The notes beneath the pieces were generated by a model. The model was not told where the DNA came from, did no database searches, and saw nothing but the letters and a program-made list of their open reading frames with translations. Below, in pieces: positions 1 through 8,158 of a stretch of DNA of 64,000 bases; the stretch's first letter is position 1; every line of letters starts with the position of its first letter. This DNA is from Bacilli bacterium (GTDB lineage: Bacteria > Bacillota_I > Bacilli_A > RF39 > UBA660): NCBI GenBank assembly GCA_017542465.1, contig JAFXXB010000040.1, forward strand, positions 24,301-88,300, given 5' to 3'. The position numbers were made by a program, and so were the translations under genes.

Positions 1-522
1 TTCTGGAATAGAATAGACAGTTCAAAGCTTCGTATTGTTGATAATAAAACACCAGATATAGCTAGATTATTTATACCTGTTAATAATTCAAATTTATACT
101 TATTTTCAACATTATTTATATTAAAATGTGAGGAAAGAGATATAGATTTCAATTTTAAGGTTACTACTGATTCTTCTAAACAATTAGGTAATAGTCTTGA
201 GATTAATGTTAATATCAATAATTATGAAGTTATATTAGATATTATTAATAACATTATTAATGATTATCCAGGTATATTTATTGATAGAGATAAACTACCA
301 ATTATATCTTATCCATTAAGTAATGAAGTTGGTGTTGTACCTATTATCTATGATGGGTTATTTGAGGAAAAATTATGTAATGATATAGTCTACTTAAAAC
401 AAAAAACAAGACATTACGGTGAGTTTAAAGATGAATTAGGTAATTTTGTAAAGTATTATTTTAAACCTATCATTAATGAATTCAAAAAAGAAGAAGAAAA
501 TACTAATAAAAAACTACATTAA
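1..522 (+). CDS. hypothetical protein, C-terminal fragment (5' end lies outside the window)
   Basis: Frame 1 is open from base 1 to TAA at 520-522 ('...FNFKVTTDSSKQLGNSLEINV...KPIINEFKKEEENTNKKLH*'). It is absent from the ORF track only because no start codon lies in the window. I recognise no motif. Confidence 0.55.
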   Translation, partial: FWNRIDSSKLRIVDNKTPDIARLFIPVNNSNLYLFSTLFILKCEERDIDFNFKVTTDSSKQLGNSLEINVNINNYEVILDIINNIINDYPGIFIDRDKLPIISYPLSNEVGVVPIIYDGLFEEKLCNDIVYLKQKTRHYGEFKDELGNFVKYYFKPIINEFKKEEENTNKKLH

Positions 523-538
523 TATAGTAGTTTTTTTT
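508..538 (+). terminator. putative rho-independent terminator
   Basis: AAAAAACTAC-loop-GTAGTTTTTTTT overlaps the stop codon. The stem is AT-rich and therefore weak. Confidence 0.45.
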
Positions 539-589
539 ATTGTTTGTTATAATTAATATGTGAAAATATAATAAAGAATATGTGGTTTT

Positions 590-1720
590 ATGATTAAAGA
601 GAATAAGAAGATTTACAATATAATTGTTTTAGTGTTATTAAGTGTATTTGTAATATTATATAGGCTTGTATTATATAAACACTTATTAGCATATTCAGAG
701 GCTATAAGTACAGCATTTATAATGTTATTTGCTGGATTATTAGTTTTATTTTATGGATTTAGAAAACATAATAGTATTAAATGGACAGATAAATTCTTTA
801 AAGCCACATTCTTTGTAATCATATTATATTTCATTGTTATATATTTATTTGGTATATCGTCTGGATTCTTAAGGAATGCTTATTCACTTAAAATAGATGC
901 TATTATTGATAATATGATATACCCTGTTCTTATTATAATATTTACTGAAATAGCTAGATATGTATTTATTAAAGGAAATAAGAATAATTTATTATTAATA
1001 ATATTATTCAATATTCTATTAATTATATTTGATACTAACTTCTATATTAAGATGGATAGTTTTGGATCATTTAATAGTACATTTGAATTTATAACTATTA
1101 CAATTATTCCAATCGCTTTAAAGAATATTGTATGTTCTTACGCTGCTTATTATAGTGATTATAAATCAGCATTAGTTTATAGAGGATTTACTGAATTATA
1201 TATTTATCTAGCACCTATTCAACCAAATCTAGATAAGTTATTTGTAAGTATATCATCTATGATGTTACCATTTATGTTATTAATGTTATATTCAGGAATA
1301 ATAGAAAATCAAAGTGAATCACATAATAAGAGTAAGAAGGTTATGAGATTATCTGATATACCATTGTTCTTACTTGTAGTATTAATGGTATGCGTTATAT
1401 TTGGAATTGGACCATTTAAATTAATAGGTATTGAAACTCCATCAATGACTCCTAAGTATAAAGTAGGAGATGGTGTTATAGTAGATAAGAATGTTAATAA
1501 AGATGAACTTAAAGTAGGAGATGTTATCGCTTATTATGATAAGGATAATAAACTAATAGTTCATAGAATTATTAATATAAATATAGATGAAAGTTTTACT
1601 ACAAAAGGTGATTATAACAACACTGCTGACAGTGGTTTTGTTAAAAAAGATCAAATATTTGGAATTGTAAGATTTAAAATACCATGGATTGCATATCCAT
1701 CGTTAATATTTAGGAAGTGA
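590..1720 (+). CDS. polytopic membrane domain fused to a C-terminal SipW/archaeal-type (S26B) signal peptidase I domain
   Basis: The N-terminal ~250 aa contain about 7-8 hydrophobic segments. The C-terminal ~110 aa carry SipW-type motifs: 'IETPSMTPKYKVGDGVIV' (catalytic Ser box), 'LIVHRII' (His box), 'TKGDYNNTADS' and 'KIPWIAYP'. Confidence 0.75.
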   Translation: MIKENKKIYNIIVLVLLSVFVILYRLVLYKHLLAYSEAISTAFIMLFAGLLVLFYGFRKHNSIKWTDKFFKATFFVIILYFIVIYLFGISSGFLRNAYSLKIDAIIDNMIYPVLIIIFTEIARYVFIKGNKNNLLLIILFNILLIIFDTNFYIKMDSFGSFNSTFEFITITIIPIALKNIVCSYAAYYSDYKSALVYRGFTELYIYLAPIQPNLDKLFVSISSMMLPFMLLMLYSGIIENQSESHNKSKKVMRLSDIPLFLLVVLMVCVIFGIGPFKLIGIETPSMTPKYKVGDGVIVDKNVNKDELKVGDVIAYYDKDNKLIVHRIININIDESFTTKGDYNNTADSGFVKKDQIFGIVRFKIPWIAYPSLIFRK

Positions 1721-1724
1721 TATT

Positions 1725-2285
1725 ATGAATAATGATTTAAAGATTATATTATTAGGTTTTCTTGCATGTATTACATTAGTTGCATCATTTATCTTATTCT
1801 TTAATGATGTTATATCTTATTCTATTCTATGTGCTGCAGTTACAGTATTATTAATAGGTTATTTAATATATACAGTATTTTCAGGTAAAAGCAACAAAGC
1901 TGAATATGATGCTAAATTAAAGAATGTATTAAAGACTTATGATGAAGATATCATATATGCTGAAACTGACTATGAGATTAAAGAAAAGAATGTGTTATTT
2001 GTTAAGTCATTAGATGATTTGCTTGTAGCTACTTCAATAACCGGAACACCTATAATATATATTGCTGAAGATGAAGCATCAACATTCTTAGTTAAAAATG
2101 ATGAAGACTTATTAGCTTATATATTAAAGGTTAATCCAAATAAAGAAACTAAGTATGAAAAAATATTAAAAGATAAAATTGAAAATAATAAGAAGAATGT
2201 TAATTCTTTATTAAATAATATTACTAAGGAAACAATCATAGTAATCGATAATAAATCATATAAAGTTAGTCCAGTAGCTAAATAA
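1725..2285 (+). CDS. membrane-anchored partner protein (2 TM plus a soluble domain), paralog of 5896-6327
   Basis: RBS AGGAAGTGA lies 4 nt after the upstream stop. There are two N-terminal hydrophobic helices. 'LKTYDEDIIYAETDYEIKEKNVLFVKSLDDLL...TPIIYIAEDEASTFLV' aligns with 'LSKYGDYLVELETVPNITTKQIIYVQSFKDIL...KPIYYLQGKDTVDFIFI' of 5896-6327. Confidence 0.6.
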   Translation: MNNDLKIILLGFLACITLVASFILFFNDVISYSILCAAVTVLLIGYLIYTVFSGKSNKAEYDAKLKNVLKTYDEDIIYAETDYEIKEKNVLFVKSLDDLLVATSITGTPIIYIAEDEASTFLVKNDEDLLAYILKVNPNKETKYEKILKDKIENNKKNVNSLLNNITKETIIVIDNKSYKVSPVAK

Positions 2286-2314
2286 ATATGATATAATTTA
2301 AGTAGGTGAATGAA

Positions 2315-3163
2315 ATGAGAAAGTTAAAGAGATTTTTTAAGAATTTACCAAAGAATATAAAGGAATTTTTTGTTAAGTCTAAAGATACATTAGTTAATTT
2401 CTTTAGTAAAAAAGAATATGATAGAAAGCAATTAGGCGTTATCTCATTAATTGGTGTTGGCATAGTTGCTTTAGTTGTAATAATTATATTCTTATTTATG
2501 TCTAAGAATATTTCTCAAATAGAAAGAAATACAATTATGGATAAGAGTACAGTTTATTCATATTACTTAGAATATGCTGAAGATAAGAAAAAAGGAACTG
2601 ATGATTATATAATATTTGCATTAAAGTATTCAACAATTAATAATCATAAAAGTGGATTATCAAGTGCAGAATTAAGCAAATTAATATCTGAAATCTTTAA
2701 TGTTAAGATTGATGAAGATACTATAAGAAAAAATGGTATATCTGAAAAAATGTTAAAGGAGAATATTATGTATTCACCATCAGATGATGTATATGACATG
2801 ATTACTCCTAAGGTAGATCCTAAAACTATAGCTGAAACTCAAGTAAGTTATTATAAATTTAAAAAGTTATCAAGAATTAACTCTAAAAAGTATAGCATTG
2901 TATATCAAAAATATATAATTGAAGATCCATATAAAGTATTAAACTATTATATAGATAAAAACAATCAATCAGATAGAATATATGATATAGCACCTTATAG
3001 AAATTATCTTGTAGGTTCTGATTCGACTGTTAGATTTAAAGAATCTATTATAGCTGATGATATTCAAAACTATGCTAAGAAAGATAAAAAATATAAAGTA
3101 ACTTACATAGTTGATGGAGATAAAGTATTAATTGATAAAGTAAGTAGGTGTACATTATGTTAA
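2315..3163 (+). CDS. bitopic membrane protein of unknown function, paralog of 3157-3891
   Basis: I moved the start to ATG 2315, behind the RBS AGTAGGTGA. There is a single TM ('VISLIGVGIVALVVIIIFLF'). The ectodomain aligns with the next gene ('DDYIIFALKY' vs 'ESYVMFALDY'; 'YSIVYQKYIIEDPYKVLNYYIDKNN' vs 'SYVVMYDRYVVNKPYNIYNYYLTKDN'). Confidence 0.6.
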   Translation: MRKLKRFFKNLPKNIKEFFVKSKDTLVNFFSKKEYDRKQLGVISLIGVGIVALVVIIIFLFMSKNISQIERNTIMDKSTVYSYYLEYAEDKKKGTDDYIIFALKYSTINNHKSGLSSAELSKLISEIFNVKIDEDTIRKNGISEKMLKENIMYSPSDDVYDMITPKVDPKTIAETQVSYYKFKKLSRINSKKYSIVYQKYIIEDPYKVLNYYIDKNNQSDRIYDIAPYRNYLVGSDSTVRFKESIIADDIQNYAKKDKKYKVTYIVDGDKVLIDKVSRCTLC

Positions 3164-3891
3164 AGAAGTTATTTACAACAAAGTTAGTTATTATACCTAT
3201 ATCTATATTAGCTATTATATTAATTGTAGGTGGATTTTTATTATTAGATAATAAATGGATGACTCCTCTTGAAAAGATTAAAGTAAATGATGAAGCAGCA
3301 AGAGTTGTTTATAACATCGATGAAGTAATTGAAAGAGATTATTCAGATGAATCATATGTAATGTTTGCTTTAGATTATCTTAAACAAGAAAAGAATAGTA
3401 ATACATTTACTGTTTATGAAGTAAGAGATATTATTAATGAATTCTTCACAGTTAATTTTGATATCGATAAACTAAACAATATTGGTATTACACCATATAT
3501 GGTTGAAAGAGGTGTAACTTTTGATACAAGTTCAATGAGTTATACCTACAATAAAACATATACTCGTGTAGATATAAGTGAAATGAAAATAGTTAAATAT
3601 AATATTAAAAAAATTACTAAAAAGAGTAAGACATCATACGTAGTTATGTATGATAGATATGTAGTTAACAAACCATATAATATCTATAATTACTATTTAA
3701 CTAAAGATAATAGCCAAGAGAAAATAGATGCAATATCTAAGTATCTTAAAGGCGATGGACCAGTTAATAAAGTAAAAGATTTAATTAATAAGGATAATAT
3801 TAATGAGATTGGTTCTGTTGAAGGTAAATTAAAGGTAACATATAAAGTTATTGATAATAAATTAAAAGTCTCAAAAATAGAGAGAAAATAA
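3157..3891 (+). CDS. bitopic membrane protein of unknown function, paralog of 2315-3163
   Basis: ATG 3157 sits behind the same AGTAGGTG RBS and overlaps the upstream stop by 7 nt. There is a single N-terminal TM. Paralogy is described under 2315-3163. Confidence 0.6.
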   Translation: MLKKLFTTKLVIIPISILAIILIVGGFLLLDNKWMTPLEKIKVNDEAARVVYNIDEVIERDYSDESYVMFALDYLKQEKNSNTFTVYEVRDIINEFFTVNFDIDKLNNIGITPYMVERGVTFDTSSMSYTYNKTYTRVDISEMKIVKYNIKKITKKSKTSYVVMYDRYVVNKPYNIYNYYLTKDNSQEKIDAISKYLKGDGPVNKVKDLINKDNINEIGSVEGKLKVTYKVIDNKLKVSKIERK

Positions 3892-3920
3892 AAGTAAATA
3901 TATTCATTTACTTTTTTTTT
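3891..3920 (+). terminator. rho-independent terminator
   Basis: AAAGTAAAT-atattc-ATTTACTTT followed by a T-run of more than 8. Confidence 0.7.
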
Positions 3921-3942
3921 ATTTGTTATCGTGATAAAATAA

Positions 3943-4659
3943 ATGTATGGTGAGAATATGGAAAGTATAGGAAGAGATAACATTAAGGTTACAAACTTTG
4001 TTGTTAATGAACAATTAAAAGATAATAATCGTTTTAGACCACTATATATCGTTGGTTTTATTTTGATTATAACTTTTTTAACTGTAGCTTATGCATCTTT
4101 AGCAATTAACTATGGTATTAAAATACATGATCCTCGTCCTATAGTTGAACCTGATATAAAAGGTGATGATGTTATACCGGAGCCAGAACCAACACCACCA
4201 CCAACACCAACACCAAAACCATACATACCTCCAACTCCACCTAGAAAATTGGATTGGAGAATTCAATTCGAAAACTTAAGTGTATTTGCTGGTTCTAAAG
4301 AACCTATAAAAGCAGCTGAAATAGATTCTACAAAGACTACAGTTAATTTTGAAGTTAAATTAGAATTACCTGGAGATTATTATAAGTTCCAAGTTGATAT
4401 GGTAAATGATGGTAATTATAATGCTAAGATATATGAAATAATTCGTGACCAATTAACACCTGATCAGGCTAAATATTTAGATTTAAATATTACATATGAT
4501 GATGGTACTGAAATTAAAGTTGATGATGAATTACCAAATAAAACAAGAAAGACTATGATTGTTGAAATAAAATTTAAAGAAGATGTAACAGCAGAAGATT
4601 TACCTCAAACTGATACTGATGTTAATATTTCATATCAAGTTGTATATGTAGAAAAGTAG
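3943..4659 (+). CDS. exported or anchored beta-rich protein with a Pro-rich stalk; putative SipW-type substrate
   Basis: There is a long N-region, then the TM 'LYIVGFILIITFLTVAYA|SLAINYG'. A Pro-rich linker follows ('PEPEPTPPPTPTPKPYIPPTPP'). The C-terminal domain has 'LPGDYYKFQVDMVNDGNYNAKI', shared with 6446-7027. An alternative start is ATG 3958. Confidence 0.6.
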   Translation: MYGENMESIGRDNIKVTNFVVNEQLKDNNRFRPLYIVGFILIITFLTVAYASLAINYGIKIHDPRPIVEPDIKGDDVIPEPEPTPPPTPTPKPYIPPTPPRKLDWRIQFENLSVFAGSKEPIKAAEIDSTKTTVNFEVKLELPGDYYKFQVDMVNDGNYNAKIYEIIRDQLTPDQAKYLDLNITYDDGTEIKVDDELPNKTRKTMIVEIKFKEDVTAEDLPQTDTDVNISYQVVYVEK

Positions 4660-4667
4660 GTATATAT

Positions 4668-5909
4668 ATGGAAAGTAAAAATGGGTTAAAAAACTTTGGC
4701 TATTTGATAATTATATGCTTATATGCAGTGTTATATTTATTTTATCTAGCACCTAAGATACCTAATTATTGTTCTTTGATTAATATGGGATTTATTATTC
4801 TATTAACAATAACAGGATTCTTCCTATATAAATTTGAAAAGAATGATATGACTAAGGTAAAAAGAAAGATTATTATTGAAGTATTTGTAGGAATGATAGT
4901 ATACTTCGCTATGATATATTCACTAGGACTAGTAACTGGATATGTTAAAAACATATATACTACTAGATTCTTAGGAATAATTTCTAATATCTTAATACCT
5001 TTAGTAAGTGCGGTAGGTATAGAATTATTTAGATATATGTATATGAGAAGTAATAAGATGAGTAAGTTTTCAATATTTCTTGGAACATTATTCTTATCTA
5101 TTATTGATTGTTTACTATTATATTATATAGTTGATGCAACTAAATATGGATATTTCATATTTGGAACAACTGTAATATTACCTGTAATATTTAAAAATAT
5201 ATTATTATCTTATTTAACTATAAAAGAAGGATGGGAAGCATGTTTAATCTATTCTGTCCCAATGACTATATATGGATTTATAGTACCTGTTATTCCTAAT
5301 TTAGGTGATTATTTAATAAGTATTATAAATGTTACATTCCCTTCTATGTTGATAATATATGCATCAAGACTGATAACTGATGATTTAATTGATCAAGAGA
5401 TTAAGAGATTATCATCAAGTGTAGAATTATCAGATAAAGAAGAAGTAGAGTATCGTAAGAGAAGTAAGAAGTTTAATATATTTAAAATATTCTTAATTGA
5501 TATTCCTTTAATTGAACTAATAGCAGTTGTTGTTATACTAGTATCTGGATTATTTGTATATCATGCAATTGGTGTTGATACATCAGCAGTTGCTGAGGTA
5601 GCTCAAAGAGGAGATGCAGTTATCATCTTTAAGGGTTATAAACAATCTGATTATAACGTTAATGATATTGTTATATATAAAGCAAATAATAAATATATAA
5701 TTGATAGAATATCTCGTAAACAAGATGAAGGTAATGATAAAGCTTCATTATATGTTAAGAAAGAGATAGATCAAGATAGAAATATAGAATATCGTAATAT
5801 AAGTGAAGAGATAGTAGGTGTCTACACTGGATTTAAACTTCCTAAGATAGCTTATCCAACTATATGGATTAGAGATTATTTAAGCGGAGGTTCAAATGAA
5901 CAAAAGTAG
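4668..5909 (+). CDS. polytopic membrane protein with a degenerate (probably inactive) SipW-like C-terminal domain
   Basis: The N-terminal polytopic domain is alignable with 590-1720. The C-terminal domain aligns with the SPase domain but reads 'VDTSAVAEVAQRGDAVII' where the SMxP Ser box should be and 'YIIDRIS' where the His box should be. The KGDxN box is absent. 'KLPKIAYP' is retained. Confidence 0.7.
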   Translation: MESKNGLKNFGYLIIICLYAVLYLFYLAPKIPNYCSLINMGFIILLTITGFFLYKFEKNDMTKVKRKIIIEVFVGMIVYFAMIYSLGLVTGYVKNIYTTRFLGIISNILIPLVSAVGIELFRYMYMRSNKMSKFSIFLGTLFLSIIDCLLLYYIVDATKYGYFIFGTTVILPVIFKNILLSYLTIKEGWEACLIYSVPMTIYGFIVPVIPNLGDYLISIINVTFPSMLIIYASRLITDDLIDQEIKRLSSSVELSDKEEVEYRKRSKKFNIFKIFLIDIPLIELIAVVVILVSGLFVYHAIGVDTSAVAEVAQRGDAVIIFKGYKQSDYNVNDIVIYKANNKYIIDRISRKQDEGNDKASLYVKKEIDQDRNIEYRNISEEIVGVYTGFKLPKIAYPTIWIRDYLSGGSNEQK

Positions 5910-6327
5910 TTTTAAAAAGATACTATCTAAATATGGTGATTATTTAGTTGAATTAGAAACAGTTCCTAATATAACAACTAAACAAATAATCTATGTTCAA
6001 TCATTTAAAGATATTCTAAATGTTAAAGAAAAAACAAATAAACCAATTTATTATTTACAAGGTAAGGATACAGTAGATTTTATATTTATAGATAAGAATG
6101 TTTATATTTATATAATTAAAGATGATGAAAATATTAAGTCTGTATTTGAAGATTACAATGCAGAAATGAATGATTATGAATTAATCAAAGGCATTGAACA
6201 AGACACAATTATACAATGTGGTGATGGTTCTGAGTATAAAGTATCTTTAATAACTGATACTAAGAGTAGTAAAGAAAATAAAGTAATTCAAACTGATATT
6301 ACATTACCTAAAAAGAGACATAAATAA
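5896..6327 (+). CDS. soluble partner protein, paralog of the C-terminal domain of 1725-2285
   Basis: A GGAGG RBS is present and the gene overlaps the upstream gene by 14 nt. Alignment to 1725-2285 includes 'GSEYKVSLI' vs 'NKSYKVSPV'. There is no TM. Confidence 0.6.
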   Translation: MNKSSFKKILSKYGDYLVELETVPNITTKQIIYVQSFKDILNVKEKTNKPIYYLQGKDTVDFIFIDKNVYIYIIKDDENIKSVFEDYNAEMNDYELIKGIEQDTIIQCGDGSEYKVSLITDTKSSKENKVIQTDITLPKKRHK

Positions 6328-6338
6328 TGTCTCTTTTA
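6311..6338 (+). terminator. rho-independent terminator
   Basis: AAAGAGACAT-aaata-ATGTCTCTTT overlapping the stop codon, followed by TTATATTT. Confidence 0.7.
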
Positions 6339-6388
6339 TATTTATTGTAAAATTAGTTGTCAAATATACATTTTCTTATCATTTATTT

Positions 6389-6417
6389 TACACACAGTAA
6401 AATGTAAATGCTATAAT
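6389..6417 (+). promoter_or_regulatory. putative sigma-70-type promoter with extended -10
   Basis: TACACA, 17 nt, then TGcTATAAT (TATAAT at 6412-6417), about 30 nt upstream of the ATG at 6446. Confidence 0.5.
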
Positions 6418-6445
6418 GTAATTAAGAAGAAAAGGAGTGTATTGT

Positions 6446-7027
6446 ATGAAAAGAGAAAATGTAATGTTTAAGAAGAGATATTTATTCGTTATGTTATTTG
6501 TTGCACTTATTGCAGGTATTTCATTTGGTTACGCTAACTTAAGAACAACATTATCTATAAACGGTACTACAACAATATCTAAAGTAACTTGGGGAGTTGT
6601 ATTTGACAACAAAGTAATTACTGAAGGATCTTATGATCCGGTTGATTCAACTACAGGTGAAAAGATTAATACTGTTGAATTATCTGATAATGATACAACA
6701 TTAACTTATAATATCACTTTGGCAGAACCTGGCGATTTCTATGAGTTCAAGATTAATGTACATAACACTGGTACATTAAAAGCTAAACTTGATGCTATAA
6801 GACGTGGTGATGATGATACTGAATTATCTCCACGTATGGCTCAATATTTCAATTATACTGAAACAGGTTTACAAGCTAAAGACTCTGTATTAAATCCAGA
6901 TGGATCTTATACTATTACTATTAGATTAGATTACTTATCTACTGTAACACCAGAACAATTACCTACAAGTTCTGATGTAACAACATTCAAGAGAACTATT
7001 CATTTAGATTATATTCAAGATAAATAA
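6446..7027 (+). CDS. exported beta-rich protein; putative SipW-type substrate (paralogous fold to 3943-4659)
   Basis: ATG 6446 follows the RBS AAAAGGAGTG. The signal-anchor is 'KKRYLFVMLFVALIAGISFGYA|NLRTTLSINGTTTI'. 'EPGDFYEFKINVHNTGTLKAKL' matches 'LPGDYYKFQVDMVNDGNYNAKI' of 3943-4659. Both proteins end with a '...PEQLP/AEDLPQT...' segment. Confidence 0.65.
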   Translation: MKRENVMFKKRYLFVMLFVALIAGISFGYANLRTTLSINGTTTISKVTWGVVFDNKVITEGSYDPVDSTTGEKINTVELSDNDTTLTYNITLAEPGDFYEFKINVHNTGTLKAKLDAIRRGDDDTELSPRMAQYFNYTETGLQAKDSVLNPDGSYTITIRLDYLSTVTPEQLPTSSDVTTFKRTIHLDYIQDK

Positions 7028-7028
7028 T

Positions 7029-7052
7029 AACCTTAGAGAAATCTAAGGTTTT
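7029..7052 (+). terminator. rho-independent terminator (first of a tandem pair)
   Basis: AACCTTAGA-gaaa-TCTAAGGTT followed by TTCTCATTTTT. Confidence 0.7.
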
Positions 7053-7061
7053 CTCATTTTT

Positions 7062-7090
7062 AAATAGGATATTTATATATCCTATTTTTT
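7062..7090 (+). terminator. rho-independent terminator (second of a tandem pair)
   Basis: AAATAGGATAT-ttat-ATATCCTATTT followed by a T-run. Confidence 0.7.
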
Positions 7091-7143
7091 GCATTGTGAA
7101 ATCTTTTATGCTATTATAACTCCCAAAAAAAGGAGATGTGCAT

Positions 7144-8157
7144 ATGAGTGATTATGAGACATCATTACACAACTTAGTATTGTATTTATCTGGTGATGAA
7201 TATGATAAGGAAACAATTGAAAAAGATATTGATATCTTTTTTGATAATTCTAGTTATTTTTCAAATAAATATAACGATGTATATAAAGGAATATATAGTT
7301 TAATTGCTAAGAAGATTAATGAATATAAAGTAATATCATCTGCACATCTAAGTGCATTGAAAGGTAATAATAACTTTGATTCAATTACAAAATTATATCA
7401 TTTGTATAGATTATATCCTTTTGATTTGAATAATAAAACTGATTTATTATTATTTAGAAAAGTATTTAGAACAAATGACTCATTTGAAATAATAAAGAGA
7501 ATTTTAAAAATAGATAAATTAGGATATGATAATTTAATAGCTAATCCATATGATATTGGTAATATAGAAACAGTATGTGATGCATTAATAGATTATGATA
7601 ATGTATGTGCTGCTGAAAGACATCAATTTTATTACAATCCTGATAGAAGAATATATTCAGATAATGAATGTGAAGAAATGATATATGAGATTAATCAAAG
7701 AATAGTATATAACCAACCAAAAGACTATAAAGAGTTAGATGAAAATGAATTAAAAGGTAAATATGGTGAATATAAAGTTAAAAAGTATTTTGAACATTAT
7801 AATTATATAGTTGATCAAGTATCTAACTATGGGGATGGATACGGTTTTGATATAGCTTTAGTACAAAAAGACTATTCTAAGGTATGTGGAATAGAAGTTA
7901 AAACCACATATGATAGCTATGAAGAAGATCAATTCACAGTATCTAAGACACAATTAAAGAATTTTGAACAAGGTGATACAGTTAGAAATTTCTTTGTTAT
8001 AAGATACTGTATCTCAGAAGATAAATTATATATGATTTTTAAAGAAAATGGTAATTTCTATTGTATAGATCAAGATGGAAATGAACATAAGGTTGAATTA
8101 AATGTTGAAACATTTAAAATAACTAAAACTAAAACAAAGAAAAAGGGGGAAAAATAA
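7144..8157 (+). CDS. DUF3883-like PD-(D/E)xK nuclease-fold protein with an uncharacterised N-terminal domain
   Basis: ATG 7144 lies 8 nt after AGGAG. The C-terminal part reads 'GEYKVKKYFEHYNY...GYGFDIALVQKDYSKVCGIEVKTT...FTVSKTQL', which gives an E...D...ExK pattern as in restriction-endonuclease-like DUF3883 domains. Confidence 0.55.
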   Translation: MSDYETSLHNLVLYLSGDEYDKETIEKDIDIFFDNSSYFSNKYNDVYKGIYSLIAKKINEYKVISSAHLSALKGNNNFDSITKLYHLYRLYPFDLNNKTDLLLFRKVFRTNDSFEIIKRILKIDKLGYDNLIANPYDIGNIETVCDALIDYDNVCAAERHQFYYNPDRRIYSDNECEEMIYEINQRIVYNQPKDYKELDENELKGKYGEYKVKKYFEHYNYIVDQVSNYGDGYGFDIALVQKDYSKVCGIEVKTTYDSYEEDQFTVSKTQLKNFEQGDTVRNFFVIRYCISEDKLYMIFKENGNFYCIDQDGNEHKVELNVETFKITKTKTKKKGEK

Positions 8158-8158
8158 A

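Noticed and set aside
880-990. 'TEIARY' and 'IELFRY' in the polytopic domains resemble motif 1 (EExxxR) of CPBP/CAAX-type intramembrane proteases
   Set aside because: Only a single Glu is present. I could not find the FxxxH and HxxxN/D motifs downstream in either paralog, so a CPBP assignment is unsupported. It is left as a point to test by profile search.
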